From contig CBDFJR010000005.1 in NCBI GenBank assembly GCA_965248535.1, positions 1,920,001 through 1,984,000 on the forward strand: 64,000 nt of DNA, read 5' to 3'. The notes beneath the pieces are model-generated. The model did no database searches. It was given only the letters and a program-made list of their open reading frames with translations, and was not told the origin of the DNA. How positions within the stretch are numbered: position 1 is the first letter of the stretch; each line of letters starts with the position of its first letter. Positions 1 to 9,224 of the stretch are shown here, piece by piece. This DNA comes from Phormidesmis sp. Lineage in GTDB: Bacteria > Cyanobacteriota > Cyanobacteriia > Leptolyngbyales > Leptolyngbyaceae. The translations under genes and the position numbers were made by a program.

Positions 1-765
1 CATATCAATACAGGGTATGCAAGCTATATTTATAACCTTGTCAAGACTGTAGAAGTTTCCTTTCTTGAACAATTTGATGCAATCCTAACGTTTAATGAGG
101 ATGAAGCCCGTGTTTTAGAGAGCGCCTTACAAAAAAGTAGTAAAGGGGTCGAGATCATCACCTCTCCCTTTCCAGTACTTGACAGGGATTTTGTTGAACT
201 CGATCGCAGCGAGTTTCATCAGCCAGACAAACTAATTTTTGTAGGATCTGAGTATCATTTCCCCAATAAAGATGGAATCGAATGGTTTCTAGAAGAAACA
301 GCATTGCGAATTTTTAAGCAATTTGGCTTGCGGCTACATATTGTTAGCGGCTGGAGTCAAGAAACTATAGACAAATATAAGAACCACCCCAGCCAAGTGA
401 CTTTTACTGGCTACCTTGACAATTTATACCCATTGACTAAAAATAGCATTGCCATAGCTCCAATGAGAATTGGTGGAGGACTTAGAGCAAAGATTTTGTC
501 GTCTATGGCTCAAGGCACTCCAGTCATCTCTACCACGCACGCTTTATCAGGAATCAGTGCCAAGCATATGGAAAGTGTCATGATTGCCGATGACCCAACC
601 TCTTTTTGTTCTTCAGTAGATTATTTGCTCTCTGATGTAGACCGCACATTCAACCTTTGCAAAAATGCCCAAGAACTTATGCGCGCAAAGTACTCTCAGT
701 CTTATGCGTCTGATAGGCGATATAGCCTATATAAAAATCTTTTGGTTTGTGCCAATGAGAGTTAA
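1..765 (+). CDS. glycosyltransferase family 4 protein (5'-truncated by window edge)
   Basis: Frame open from base 1. FVGSEYHFPNKDGIEWF and IAPMRIGGGLRAKILSSMAQGTPVIST motifs are typical of the GT4 C-terminal domain. Confidence 0.85.
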   Translation, partial: HINTGYASYIYNLVKTVEVSFLEQFDAILTFNEDEARVLESALQKSSKGVEIITSPFPVLDRDFVELDRSEFHQPDKLIFVGSEYHFPNKDGIEWFLEETALRIFKQFGLRLHIVSGWSQETIDKYKNHPSQVTFTGYLDNLYPLTKNSIAIAPMRIGGGLRAKILSSMAQGTPVISTTHALSGISAKHMESVMIADDPTSFCSSVDYLLSDVDRTFNLCKNAQELMRAKYSQSYASDRRYSLYKNLLVCANES

Positions 766-997
766 TACAACGAATCTCGATTTGCCTTACAAAGCTCTGA
801 CATCAAAGCAATATACTGCGGTAATAGAAGTTACTCTTTAGATAAAAGCTCATGAAAACTGTCGCACTTGTTGGATTGAATGGGTGGGGTTACCAATCAG
901 TATCTTTCAAGTTCTCTAATACAACGCTGCTGCAATTTGGTTGCCAAGTCACGGCTCTATATCTAGAGCTTTCTGAGCCAAAGGAGGGAATTATTGA

Positions 998-2014
998 ATG
1001 GTTATAGTTCGTTTAGAAGGCGGTTTGGGTAACCAAATGTTTGAGTATGCAGCGGCGCGGCGGCTAGCTGAAAAACATTCATCTTCATTAAAAATAGACC
1101 TTTCGTGGCTTGAACATCAACAGCTTCGGAAGTATAAATTGCAGTGCTTCAACATTCGTGAAGAATTTGCCACGCCAAAAGAGATTGAGGCAATTATAGG
1201 TAACTACAGTATCGCTAAGTGGCTGACTTCAAAGACTGTCCGCAAACTTGGGCTTGACCAATCGTGGTCAGATCTAGAGATGGAGCGAGAGATTGCAGCA
1301 ATCATCAGTAGCCATAACTATAGTCTGGCAAAGTGGTGGGCTGCTAGGGTCAGACATAAGCTTGGCGCTTACCATTCAGGTAAGGGGCTGAATCAGAAAG
1401 GAAGATACGTTCGAGAAAAGCACCAGCATTTTGATCCAGATCTGTTGAATGCTTCTGACTATGTTTATCTAGATGGATTTTGGCAGTCGGAAAAATATTT
1501 TTCAGATATTGAAGAAATTCTCAGACAGGAGTTCACGTTAAAACTTCCTCAAAGTGCATTGTTTGATCAAATTTCAGAAGCGATCGCTAGCACTTGTCCT
1601 GTATCCTTGCATATACGGCGCGGCGATATGGCGAATAACCCGGAGACAAACCGATTGCACGGAACTTGCAGCTTAGATTACTACGATCGGGCTGTTCAGC
1701 ACATCGCCAAACATGTCAGTCAGCCGCATTTTTTCATTTTCTCTGATGATCCAATCTGGGTTAAAGAGCATCTAAATTTAAGCTTTCCTTCAACTTTAGT
1801 AAGCTATGGAAGCTCACTACATGACTATGAGGAGTTGCATCTGATGAGCCGATGTCATCATCACATTACTGCGAATAGCTCTTTCAGTTGGTGGGGAGCC
1901 TGGCTAAACCCCAAACCGGACAAAATTGTCATTACCCCTAAAAAGTGGTTTGGAGATTTTGCCGATGACCATGACACGAAGGATTTAATTCCTGATAACT
2001 GGCTCAGGCTCTAG
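998..2014 (+). CDS. alpha-1,2-fucosyltransferase (GT11)
   Basis: GGLGNQMF N-terminus, HIRRGD GDP-fucose motif, FSDD, ANSSFSWWGAWL; AGGAGG RBS. Confidence 0.93.
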   Translation: MVIVRLEGGLGNQMFEYAAARRLAEKHSSSLKIDLSWLEHQQLRKYKLQCFNIREEFATPKEIEAIIGNYSIAKWLTSKTVRKLGLDQSWSDLEMEREIAAIISSHNYSLAKWWAARVRHKLGAYHSGKGLNQKGRYVREKHQHFDPDLLNASDYVYLDGFWQSEKYFSDIEEILRQEFTLKLPQSALFDQISEAIASTCPVSLHIRRGDMANNPETNRLHGTCSLDYYDRAVQHIAKHVSQPHFFIFSDDPIWVKEHLNLSFPSTLVSYGSSLHDYEELHLMSRCHHHITANSSFSWWGAWLNPKPDKIVITPKKWFGDFADDHDTKDLIPDNWLRL

Positions 2015-2081
2015 ATGAAATAGAAAGCTAGCTCTCTTGAGATTATATTAACTATTCAAGCTGTTTTTGAGGCTCTCAATC

Positions 2082-3050
2082 ATGTCACTGTCCACAGCCG
2101 TAGGATTCATTATCTTCTCACGTTCTAATTTTGTAGAGCAAGTCTTTGAAGTCATTGCTCAAGCAAAGCCTAAAAAATTGTTTGTGATTCAAGATGCTCC
2201 CCGGTTAGATCGCCCCGGTGAAGCCGAAAAATGTGCAGCAGCTAGAGCCGTTATTCAAAAAGTTGACTGGGACTGCGAGGTATTCACCAACTTCTCAGAG
2301 GTGAATTTGGGGCCTGGGCGACGAATCGCAACTGGAATAGATTGGGTTTTTTCTCATGTTGAAGAAGCCATTTTTTTAGAAGAAGATGCATTACCTTCTC
2401 TTTCCTACTTTAGCTTTTGCGAAACGATGCTAGAGCGCTATCGTCATGACAAGCGGGTTATGTCTATTAATGGTTGCAATTATGTCAACCGAAATAGAAC
2501 AAGCGACAGCTATTATTTCTCAAAATATTTTGACTGTTGGGGATGGGCTTTGTGGAAAAGATCCTGGGACTACTATGACTACTATATGAAGAGTTGGCCT
2601 GAATTTCAGCAGTCAGGCTCGCTTGATCAGATCTTTGAAGATCCTTATGAGAAAGAGTATTGGAGAGGAGCATTTGAGCGAATGCACAGAGATCCTCAAG
2701 AAATCAATACCTGGGATATTCAATTGCAGTACGCCATTTGGTCGCAGTCTGGACTCATTGTTTCTCCCAACAAAAATTTGATTGGCAATATTGGTTGTAA
2801 CTTGGCTGATCGAGTTCATCCTTCCGAAACCCATGATCCCAGAGGAGATGTTCCTGTAGAAGACATTTGGGACATCAATCATCCGTCATTTGTAGTCAGG
2901 AACCGGGTTGCTGATCAGAACTTATTTGATGTGATTCATGGTGGAAGGGAAATCCGGCGACGAGATCAGCCTTTCATGAAAACGCTGCGATTCTTATCTT
3001 CACCAGTTCCACCCTCTATGAAAAAGCAACTTAAAGGATTGCTAAAGTAA
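2082..3050 (+). CDS. GT-A fold nucleotide-diphospho-sugar transferase (HlpA-like)
   Basis: PKKLFVIQDAPR, NLGPGRRIATGIDWVF, IFLEED, CWGWALW, WDIQ motifs; ATG at 2082. Confidence 0.8.
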   Translation: MSLSTAVGFIIFSRSNFVEQVFEVIAQAKPKKLFVIQDAPRLDRPGEAEKCAAARAVIQKVDWDCEVFTNFSEVNLGPGRRIATGIDWVFSHVEEAIFLEEDALPSLSYFSFCETMLERYRHDKRVMSINGCNYVNRNRTSDSYYFSKYFDCWGWALWKRSWDYYDYYMKSWPEFQQSGSLDQIFEDPYEKEYWRGAFERMHRDPQEINTWDIQLQYAIWSQSGLIVSPNKNLIGNIGCNLADRVHPSETHDPRGDVPVEDIWDINHPSFVVRNRVADQNLFDVIHGGREIRRRDQPFMKTLRFLSSPVPPSMKKQLKGLLK

Positions 3051-3383
3051 TACTAAGGTTCTGCGCTCTGGAGCGGGTTTTAAGAGAGAATATTGCATGA
3101 ATAGACAGAAGATAGTTTGCTTATTGATCGTCATTTTCTGCTCAGAAGACGGTCATCTAGTTAGAGAGGTATTAACGATCGCTGCGGGTTTCTCGGATCT
3201 AGGCTAGTCTATGAGATTACTGTCGTGACTGACTCTGAACTGACTATACACCTAGAAAAGTTAAGATTTTAGACAATTTTTCTGACATTGCCGTTGTCTA
3301 CGCTGATATTGGGCATTTTGATGGGGTTAATTGCATCTAATTGGTTAAATATATGCTTTTTACACCCCTCAAACGGAGTCCGT

Positions 3384-4268
3384 ATGCTGCCAGATATTGT
3401 TGAAAATACCTATAAAGAAAGTAATAACTATAAAATTACTATTGGTGATAACAAGGGCTGTAAAAGGTGCTTCATATTTTTTTCGGGAAATGGGCTTTAC
3501 TATCCTGAAACTGAAGAGGAGTTTTTGAAAACGATCGTGGTCAAAGATCGATATGAATGGAATAAGTATAGACCCAAGAACTTTAGCAAGCTAATTCAAC
3601 TTCGTGATGTTAAAAAAACTTGGTATCTAGATGGCATTAACCAGCATCTTAACACCATCGATAAAGTTGCCTCCTTTTTAAAGGAAGAAACAAAGGGGCT
3701 TGAAGTCATTTGTGTGGGTAGTTCTGCTGGGGGATACGCCGCAGTTTTGTTCGGCTCACTGTTGAGAGCATCCCATATTTTTACCTTTTCGGGGCAGTTT
3801 AGCCTATTTAATGTGCCTGATTCTTGGTCTGATGACTCATTTCGTCCTTGGTTAGGTGCTCCACTGCTCTCCAACTATAAAAATATCTATGAATATTCAA
3901 AGTTTTATGATCTGAGATCAATTATTCTTCAATCTAAAGTGCCAATTTTTTACTTCTATCCAGCATTTTTTAAAGAAGATACTGATCAACATGATCTTAT
4001 ACTGGACATTGACTGCATTAGAAGTCTTACATTTTCATCGAATAGTCATGGAGTGACCTGTTTACTAATTAACTATCCTGATTTATTTGACATGAACCTA
4101 TCAAAACTGGATAAATTATACCAAAGATATCAAGGAAAACTAATCGGTAGCTTCTTGTTTTCGCTACATATATCTGGATTATTAAAGACATCTAAATATT
4201 TATTTGATCCTAAAAATCGATACTTAGTTAATGATAAACTTAAGAAGTTTTTTAGAAATATTAATTAG
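3384..4268 (+). CDS. hypothetical alpha/beta-hydrolase-like protein
   Basis: GSSAGG nucleophile-elbow motif; GGAG RBS before ATG 3384; AT-rich. Confidence 0.6.
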   Translation: MLPDIVENTYKESNNYKITIGDNKGCKRCFIFFSGNGLYYPETEEEFLKTIVVKDRYEWNKYRPKNFSKLIQLRDVKKTWYLDGINQHLNTIDKVASFLKEETKGLEVICVGSSAGGYAAVLFGSLLRASHIFTFSGQFSLFNVPDSWSDDSFRPWLGAPLLSNYKNIYEYSKFYDLRSIILQSKVPIFYFYPAFFKEDTDQHDLILDIDCIRSLTFSSNSHGVTCLLINYPDLFDMNLSKLDKLYQRYQGKLIGSFLFSLHISGLLKTSKYLFDPKNRYLVNDKLKKFFRNIN

Positions 4269-4284
4269 ATCTGGAGGATCTAGA

Positions 4285-5136
4285 ATGCACAGTCAAGAAA
4301 GAATTCGGTTGTCGATCGTCATTCCCTGTTTTAATGACGGGCAGTTTATTAAAGAGGCACTGGCCAGCGCCGAGGCTTATCCAGACCCCATTTACGAAAT
4401 TATTATCGTGAATGATGGCTCTACAGACCCCGTTACGTGCCAGGTTTTCGATGAATTAAGAGGCCAGGGCTACAAGATTATTGATCAACCCAATCAGGGG
4501 CTTTCTGCTGCTAGAAACACTGGAATTAAACTAGCGCGTGGCGAATATATCTTGCCGCTAGATTCAGACAATCGTATTCGACCTGCCTACATCCATACAG
4601 GGATTGAGATTCTAGACAAATTTTCTGATGTTGCGGTTGTATATGGTGATGTCGAGCGGTTTGGGGAAGGAATCGACGATTTGCAGAAAATTCCAGACTT
4701 CAATTTGTCCTACGAAGATGTCAGTTTTGTAAATGGCTTTAGAGGAGTACAGAAAGTTCCAGATTTTAATCTGTCGTGGCTGGTCAATCACAATTATATT
4801 GATGCTTGTGCAGTTTTTCGCAAATCAGTGTGGGAAGAATGTGGGCCCTATGACATGAACATGCCATTCGGGTGCTATGAAGATTGGGATTTTTGGTTGA
4901 GTATTGCCAAAAAAGGATACAAGTTCCATCACGTCCCAGAAGTTTTATTCGATTACAGAGTTAGACCCATTTCACTCAGCACAGCCGCTCGTAGTGAAGA
5001 AAAATCTAAAGTCGTTTGTCGTTATATTGCGTCTAAACACGCGGCTTTATTTCCTAAGGAATATCGTTATTACTTTAACTTCTATCGGGGATGGCTCAAA
5101 GTCCAGCAAAAGTGGCATTCAATTCTTGGGGCTTAG
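4285..5136 (+). CDS. glycosyltransferase family 2 protein
   Basis: SIVIPCFN, IIVNDGSTD, NQGLSAARNTG, LDSD, EDWDFW; GGAGG RBS. Confidence 0.93.
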   Translation: MHSQERIRLSIVIPCFNDGQFIKEALASAEAYPDPIYEIIIVNDGSTDPVTCQVFDELRGQGYKIIDQPNQGLSAARNTGIKLARGEYILPLDSDNRIRPAYIHTGIEILDKFSDVAVVYGDVERFGEGIDDLQKIPDFNLSYEDVSFVNGFRGVQKVPDFNLSWLVNHNYIDACAVFRKSVWEECGPYDMNMPFGCYEDWDFWLSIAKKGYKFHHVPEVLFDYRVRPISLSTAARSEEKSKVVCRYIASKHAALFPKEYRYYFNFYRGWLKVQQKWHSILGA

Positions 5137-5153
5137 CTAACGTTCCTCCCTGG

Positions 5154-5927
5154 TCACGCAAAATTTGAGTAGGTGGCTTGGATCAATTTGGCGATCGCTT
5201 CAGGTGCTTCGATCGGCAGCAGATGTCCCGCATTGGGGACAACCACTAGCTGAACATCGGCGATCGTGTCCACAACTTCTCGCTGAAGCAACGACTGCGG
5301 AATGACTGCATCTTCGGCCCCCACGATCACTAAAACGGGAACTTTAATCGCAGCCATGGCGGCCGAAATATTCTGCTGACTGCCACATTCTAGCCAGGCT
5401 TGCCACGCTGCTTGAGACGTGCGGAGATTATCTTGAATGACTTGCTCAAACGCAGCCTCACTTAACGCTTGAGCCGTAATTTTGTGAGCCGTCTCTTCGG
5501 CTGCCGATCGATCGCCGTGAGTATTGAGCAACCGCGATCGCTCTGAGTCGGCGATCGGCTCCGGGGTTGGAGGCGAAGGAGCCAACAAAATCAAGGATTG
5601 CAGCCCTGGCGGTTGAGTGGCTGCTAATGCTAGCGCAACTTTGCCACCCATTGAGTGACCAATCAAACTATAACGCTGGAGATCAAGCTGGCGAATCATT
5701 TCTGCAATCACCCCGGCAACTGCTTCTATAGTGGGATCAGCGATCGGGTCTGAGTCGCCAAAACCGGGAAGATCAGGCGCGATGCAGTGAGCCGTTTCTT
5801 GAAGCTGAGACATCACATCAGACCATGAGGCTGATGATCCGGCAAAATAGTGCAAAAACAGGAGCGATGGAGTTCCTGTTCCGCGCTCGATTATAGTGAG
5901 CCGATGACTGCCTACAACGCGCTGCAT
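5154..5927 (-). CDS. alpha/beta fold hydrolase
   Basis: PDLPGFGDS, GHSMGG, GAED, AGHL catalytic-triad motifs. Confidence 0.9.
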   Translation of the reverse strand: MQRVVGSHRLTIIERGTGTPSLLFLHYFAGSSASWSDVMSQLQETAHCIAPDLPGFGDSDPIADPTIEAVAGVIAEMIRQLDLQRYSLIGHSMGGKVALALAATQPPGLQSLILLAPSPPTPEPIADSERSRLLNTHGDRSAAEETAHKITAQALSEAAFEQVIQDNLRTSQAAWQAWLECGSQQNISAAMAAIKVPVLVIVGAEDAVIPQSLLQREVVDTIADVQLVVVPNAGHLLPIEAPEAIAKLIQATYSNFA

Positions 5928-6154
5928 AGTTGCCCCCGTCTAACGGTGATTAATCGTAACAGATTGGGCGATCGTCGTTAAACCCCGATCGTGTGATCCA
6001 AATTAGAACCATCATTTCACCGTCGATTGAGATAAAAAGCTTGGGAACGATCGCATTGGCTGAGCAATCTCTGCCTTTTTGTAGATGTAGAAAATCTCAG
6101 AGACTACGCCTCTCATTAGCTCTTTTATCCTTTACAAAACTCTTTATTCTTTAC

Positions 6155-6180
6155 AAATCCAAAACAGATTTGTCCGCGTA
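6155..6180 (+). promoter_or_regulatory. putative ECF sigma-factor promoter (AAATCC-N15-GCGTA)
   Basis: Resembles SigK-type ATCC...CGAA/CGTA ECF promoters; about 110 bp upstream of the DUF4331 gene. Confidence 0.45.
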
Positions 6181-6287
6181 TATACCTGCGTGTGTCCCCT
6201 GAGAACAGCGACCATTTCTCTAAAAATGTTCTTAAAAGGCTGTTTCTGGGTTCACCTAAAGATGAAGCGTGTCAAATGAGGGTAACT

Positions 6288-7508
6288 ATGAGAATTAATG
6301 TCCGGGGTATGACTGATACCCTGACCCGTCAGTGTAGCTCTTTGTTTGAGCAACTGACTCAACGCTGGCTTCGCACCACTGGAATTTTGACGATCGTTTT
6401 ATTGACCGTGTTGGTTAACTTCGCCCTTCCTGCTAGGGCTTCAGATCACCAAGACACGACGTTTTTAGCCACGAAGCTAACCGCCGCCGATCTCACCGAT
6501 CTATTCGTGTTTGAGAGTCCTAGTGATCCCAGCAAGGTGGTCTTAGCAATGGATTTTGACCCCTTGATCACGAAAGGCGAAGTCAGACCCTTTGACCCTG
6601 CTGTTCTCTATCAATTTAAGATTGATAACACGGGTGACAGCGTTGAAGATCTCGTGCTGCAATTTCGGGTGAACGGCAGAGGGCGCGGTCAATCGGTTGC
6701 CGTGTCTGGCCCCAGTCGCCCCGGCAAGATTGGCACCGAGTCAGAACTGGTTCGCGCAACGGGTGTCGGTGGGATCAATCAGACGTTTTCGACTAACAAA
6801 GGGGTCAAAGTTTTTGTAGGAACGCGCAAAGATCCCTTCTTCTTTGATCTAGAGCAGTTCTTTAAGATTTTGCCCGATCGTAACTATCAGCTTCAGCCCA
6901 ACCCCAGCCCACCGCTAACCGTGGTTTCGTTTAGACCACCGGGTCAGGCTCAAGACACGCTGGCTCCGTTTAACGTGCACTCGATCGTGGCCGAGCTACC
7001 CCGATCGCTGTTAGGCAAGGGAAAAATTGGCGTGTGGATGACCACCAGCGTTCAAACTCCTAGAAGCAGAGACAGCTATGTTCAGATTGAGCGGTTAGCC
7101 GTCCCAGCGCTGAATGAACTGTTTATGGACTTTAAAGCTCACAACTTCAGCAACCTTCAGACCCCAACCCGTGACGCGGGCAATCAATCGAGCTTTATTC
7201 GGTCGTTTGTGAAAACGATCGGGCGGCCCCAGGGTATTGCAGATGCAGTCATTTCTGTCGCCATTCCTGATGTGATCAAAGCTGACTTGTCTAAACCAAC
7301 TGGGAGCTATTTTGGCACTCAGTTAGGTCAAAACTTTGGCGGCAGACGACCTAAAGATGATGTGATTGACGTGACAGCATCGGTTGTCTTTGGCAGTGCA
7401 GTGACTGGAATTACGGCGGGTGCGATTCCGGCTTTGACCACTGACAATGTGGCTGCCAATCCTGCCAATTTTCTGCCCGTGTTTCCCTATCTAGGCAAAC
7501 CCCTTTAG
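6288..7508 (+). CDS. DUF4331 domain-containing secreted protein
   Basis: Signal peptide ending ARA followed by SDHQD; DLTDLFVF, YQFKIDN, VFVGTRKDPFFFDL, QIERLAVP, GRRPKDDVID, FPYLGKP. Start codon uncertain (6276/6288/6309). Confidence 0.85.
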   Translation: MRINVRGMTDTLTRQCSSLFEQLTQRWLRTTGILTIVLLTVLVNFALPARASDHQDTTFLATKLTAADLTDLFVFESPSDPSKVVLAMDFDPLITKGEVRPFDPAVLYQFKIDNTGDSVEDLVLQFRVNGRGRGQSVAVSGPSRPGKIGTESELVRATGVGGINQTFSTNKGVKVFVGTRKDPFFFDLEQFFKILPDRNYQLQPNPSPPLTVVSFRPPGQAQDTLAPFNVHSIVAELPRSLLGKGKIGVWMTTSVQTPRSRDSYVQIERLAVPALNELFMDFKAHNFSNLQTPTRDAGNQSSFIRSFVKTIGRPQGIADAVISVAIPDVIKADLSKPTGSYFGTQLGQNFGGRRPKDDVIDVTASVVFGSAVTGITAGAIPALTTDNVAANPANFLPVFPYLGKPL

Positions 7509-7513
7509 AGATT

Positions 7514-8872
7514 ATGACTCGACGATCGTTAGGGCTGTTTTGGGGGCTGGTTAGCCTAATCGTTTTGCTGCTGTTAGGGCAGCCGTCTACTCTCGCGCTC
7601 GGCGAGGTGGGCAAAGAACCGTTTTCTGCCCCGCAGGTCGAACAGACCTCAGATCTCGTCTTTCCTGACTATCTAGAGCGCGATGGAATCATCAGCAACT
7701 ATGAGCAGCAGGTGCGTCAATCTCCTGACTCCTTTCTGCTGTTGCGATTGCTGGCTGATCACTATCTCAGACGCTTTCGAGAACGGGCCGACGTAGAAGA
7801 TCTGCTGCGGGCCGAACAGGCAGCCCAACGATCGTTAAAAATCCAACCCCTGCAAAATGGGGTGTCTTCGATGCTTTTGGCCTCAGCGCTGCTCTCTCAG
7901 CATCGGTTTCAAGAAGCTTTGCATGTCGTCACTGAGGCTCAAAAATCGACGTTGGGAGATGCTAGCCTTGCGTCTCTTAAAGCCTCGATTCAGATGGAGT
8001 TGGGTGATTATGAATCGGCCCACGAATTCTTGCAGACTCTACCGTCTGAATCGGACGAAAACTCAGGCTCTAGTGCGGTGCTGGCTCGATATTTAGAGTT
8101 AACTCACCACTTATCGTCAGCGCGGCAACGCATGGACTCAGCCATGCAGCAAATGGACAGGTTCTACACCAACCCAGCCGAGACTCGCGCTTGGTTTCAT
8201 GTGCGGGCGGGAGATTTGGCCTTTGCGGCAGGAGATTTCACCCAGTCTGAGCAGCGATATCGAGAAGCGATCGCCCTTTTTCCTGACGATGTGGCGGCGA
8301 TGACGGGGCTGGCTCGACTCTATGCCGCCCAGCATCGCTGGCCACAAGCTTTAGAAGTCGCCAATCAGGGCATCGATCGGGTGCCCTTAGTCGAAACCTT
8401 GGCTTATAAAGCAGACGCTCAACAAGCTCTAGGAGACTTGCAGGGAGCCGCCGACACCGCCGACTTGATCGAGGTGGTGGCCCGTCTGAGTCAGGTCAAA
8501 GGCATCTACGATCGCGCCCTGGCCGTTTATTATCTCGACCACCACATTCATTTACCCGAAGCCTTAGAGATTGCTCAACGAGAAGTAGCTCTGCGAGACG
8601 ATATCTATGCTGAAGACACGCTGGCTTGGGCGGCCGCCGCCAATGGGCAATGTCAGACAGCCCAACGGGCCATTCAGCAAGCGACGCGCTATGGCACCGA
8701 AGATGCGCTGCTGCGGTTTCATCACGGCATGATTGCGCTGCACTGCGGCGATCGTGAAACCGCCCTTCAACAGTTGAGTGAGGCCCTTCGTCTCAATCCT
8801 CAGTTTCATCACAAATATGCGGCTGAGGCACGTCAAGCTTTAGCCACCCTATCCCCCTCTGAAGTGGAGTAA
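7514..8872 (+). CDS. tetratricopeptide repeat protein, secreted
   Basis: N-terminal hydrophobic signal; repeated TPR-like helices (YREAIALFPDD, ALRLNPQF). Confidence 0.85.
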   Translation: MTRRSLGLFWGLVSLIVLLLLGQPSTLALGEVGKEPFSAPQVEQTSDLVFPDYLERDGIISNYEQQVRQSPDSFLLLRLLADHYLRRFRERADVEDLLRAEQAAQRSLKIQPLQNGVSSMLLASALLSQHRFQEALHVVTEAQKSTLGDASLASLKASIQMELGDYESAHEFLQTLPSESDENSGSSAVLARYLELTHHLSSARQRMDSAMQQMDRFYTNPAETRAWFHVRAGDLAFAAGDFTQSEQRYREAIALFPDDVAAMTGLARLYAAQHRWPQALEVANQGIDRVPLVETLAYKADAQQALGDLQGAADTADLIEVVARLSQVKGIYDRALAVYYLDHHIHLPEALEIAQREVALRDDIYAEDTLAWAAAANGQCQTAQRAIQQATRYGTEDALLRFHHGMIALHCGDRETALQQLSEALRLNPQFHHKYAAEARQALATLSPSEVE

Positions 8873-8874
8873 CG

Positions 8875-9219
8875 ATGCAACGACGTTTTTATGGGTTTAA
8901 TCGGCCGTCTGACGTTGCGGTGATTTTTAACGAAATTCAATCGATCGAGGATCTGTGGCAGCTAGAGTTTGACCTCAAAGTGTCAGGAACAACGCTCACT
9001 TATCTGATCCACAGTGCACCTGACGTATTTGTGCTGGATTGTTGGGCAGGCATTCACACAGAGCGATATGTGTTTATGACGACAAAAGCGAATGAACAAT
9101 ATGGGGGGCTGAGTGAGGCAGAACTGTCTAAGGTTAAGGGCTTTAAAGTGCTGACCGCCCCAAAGTCTGAGTTGCTGTTTAACGAGCCAAAGCGCGTTCA
9201 CTCATCTTTTCTCAACTAA
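8875..9219 (+). CDS. hypothetical protein
   Basis: 114-aa ORF with 2- and 5-nt gaps to its operon neighbours; GGAG upstream. Confidence 0.6.
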   Translation: MQRRFYGFNRPSDVAVIFNEIQSIEDLWQLEFDLKVSGTTLTYLIHSAPDVFVLDCWAGIHTERYVFMTTKANEQYGGLSEAELSKVKGFKVLTAPKSELLFNEPKRVHSSFLN

Positions 9220-9224
9220 CCTTT

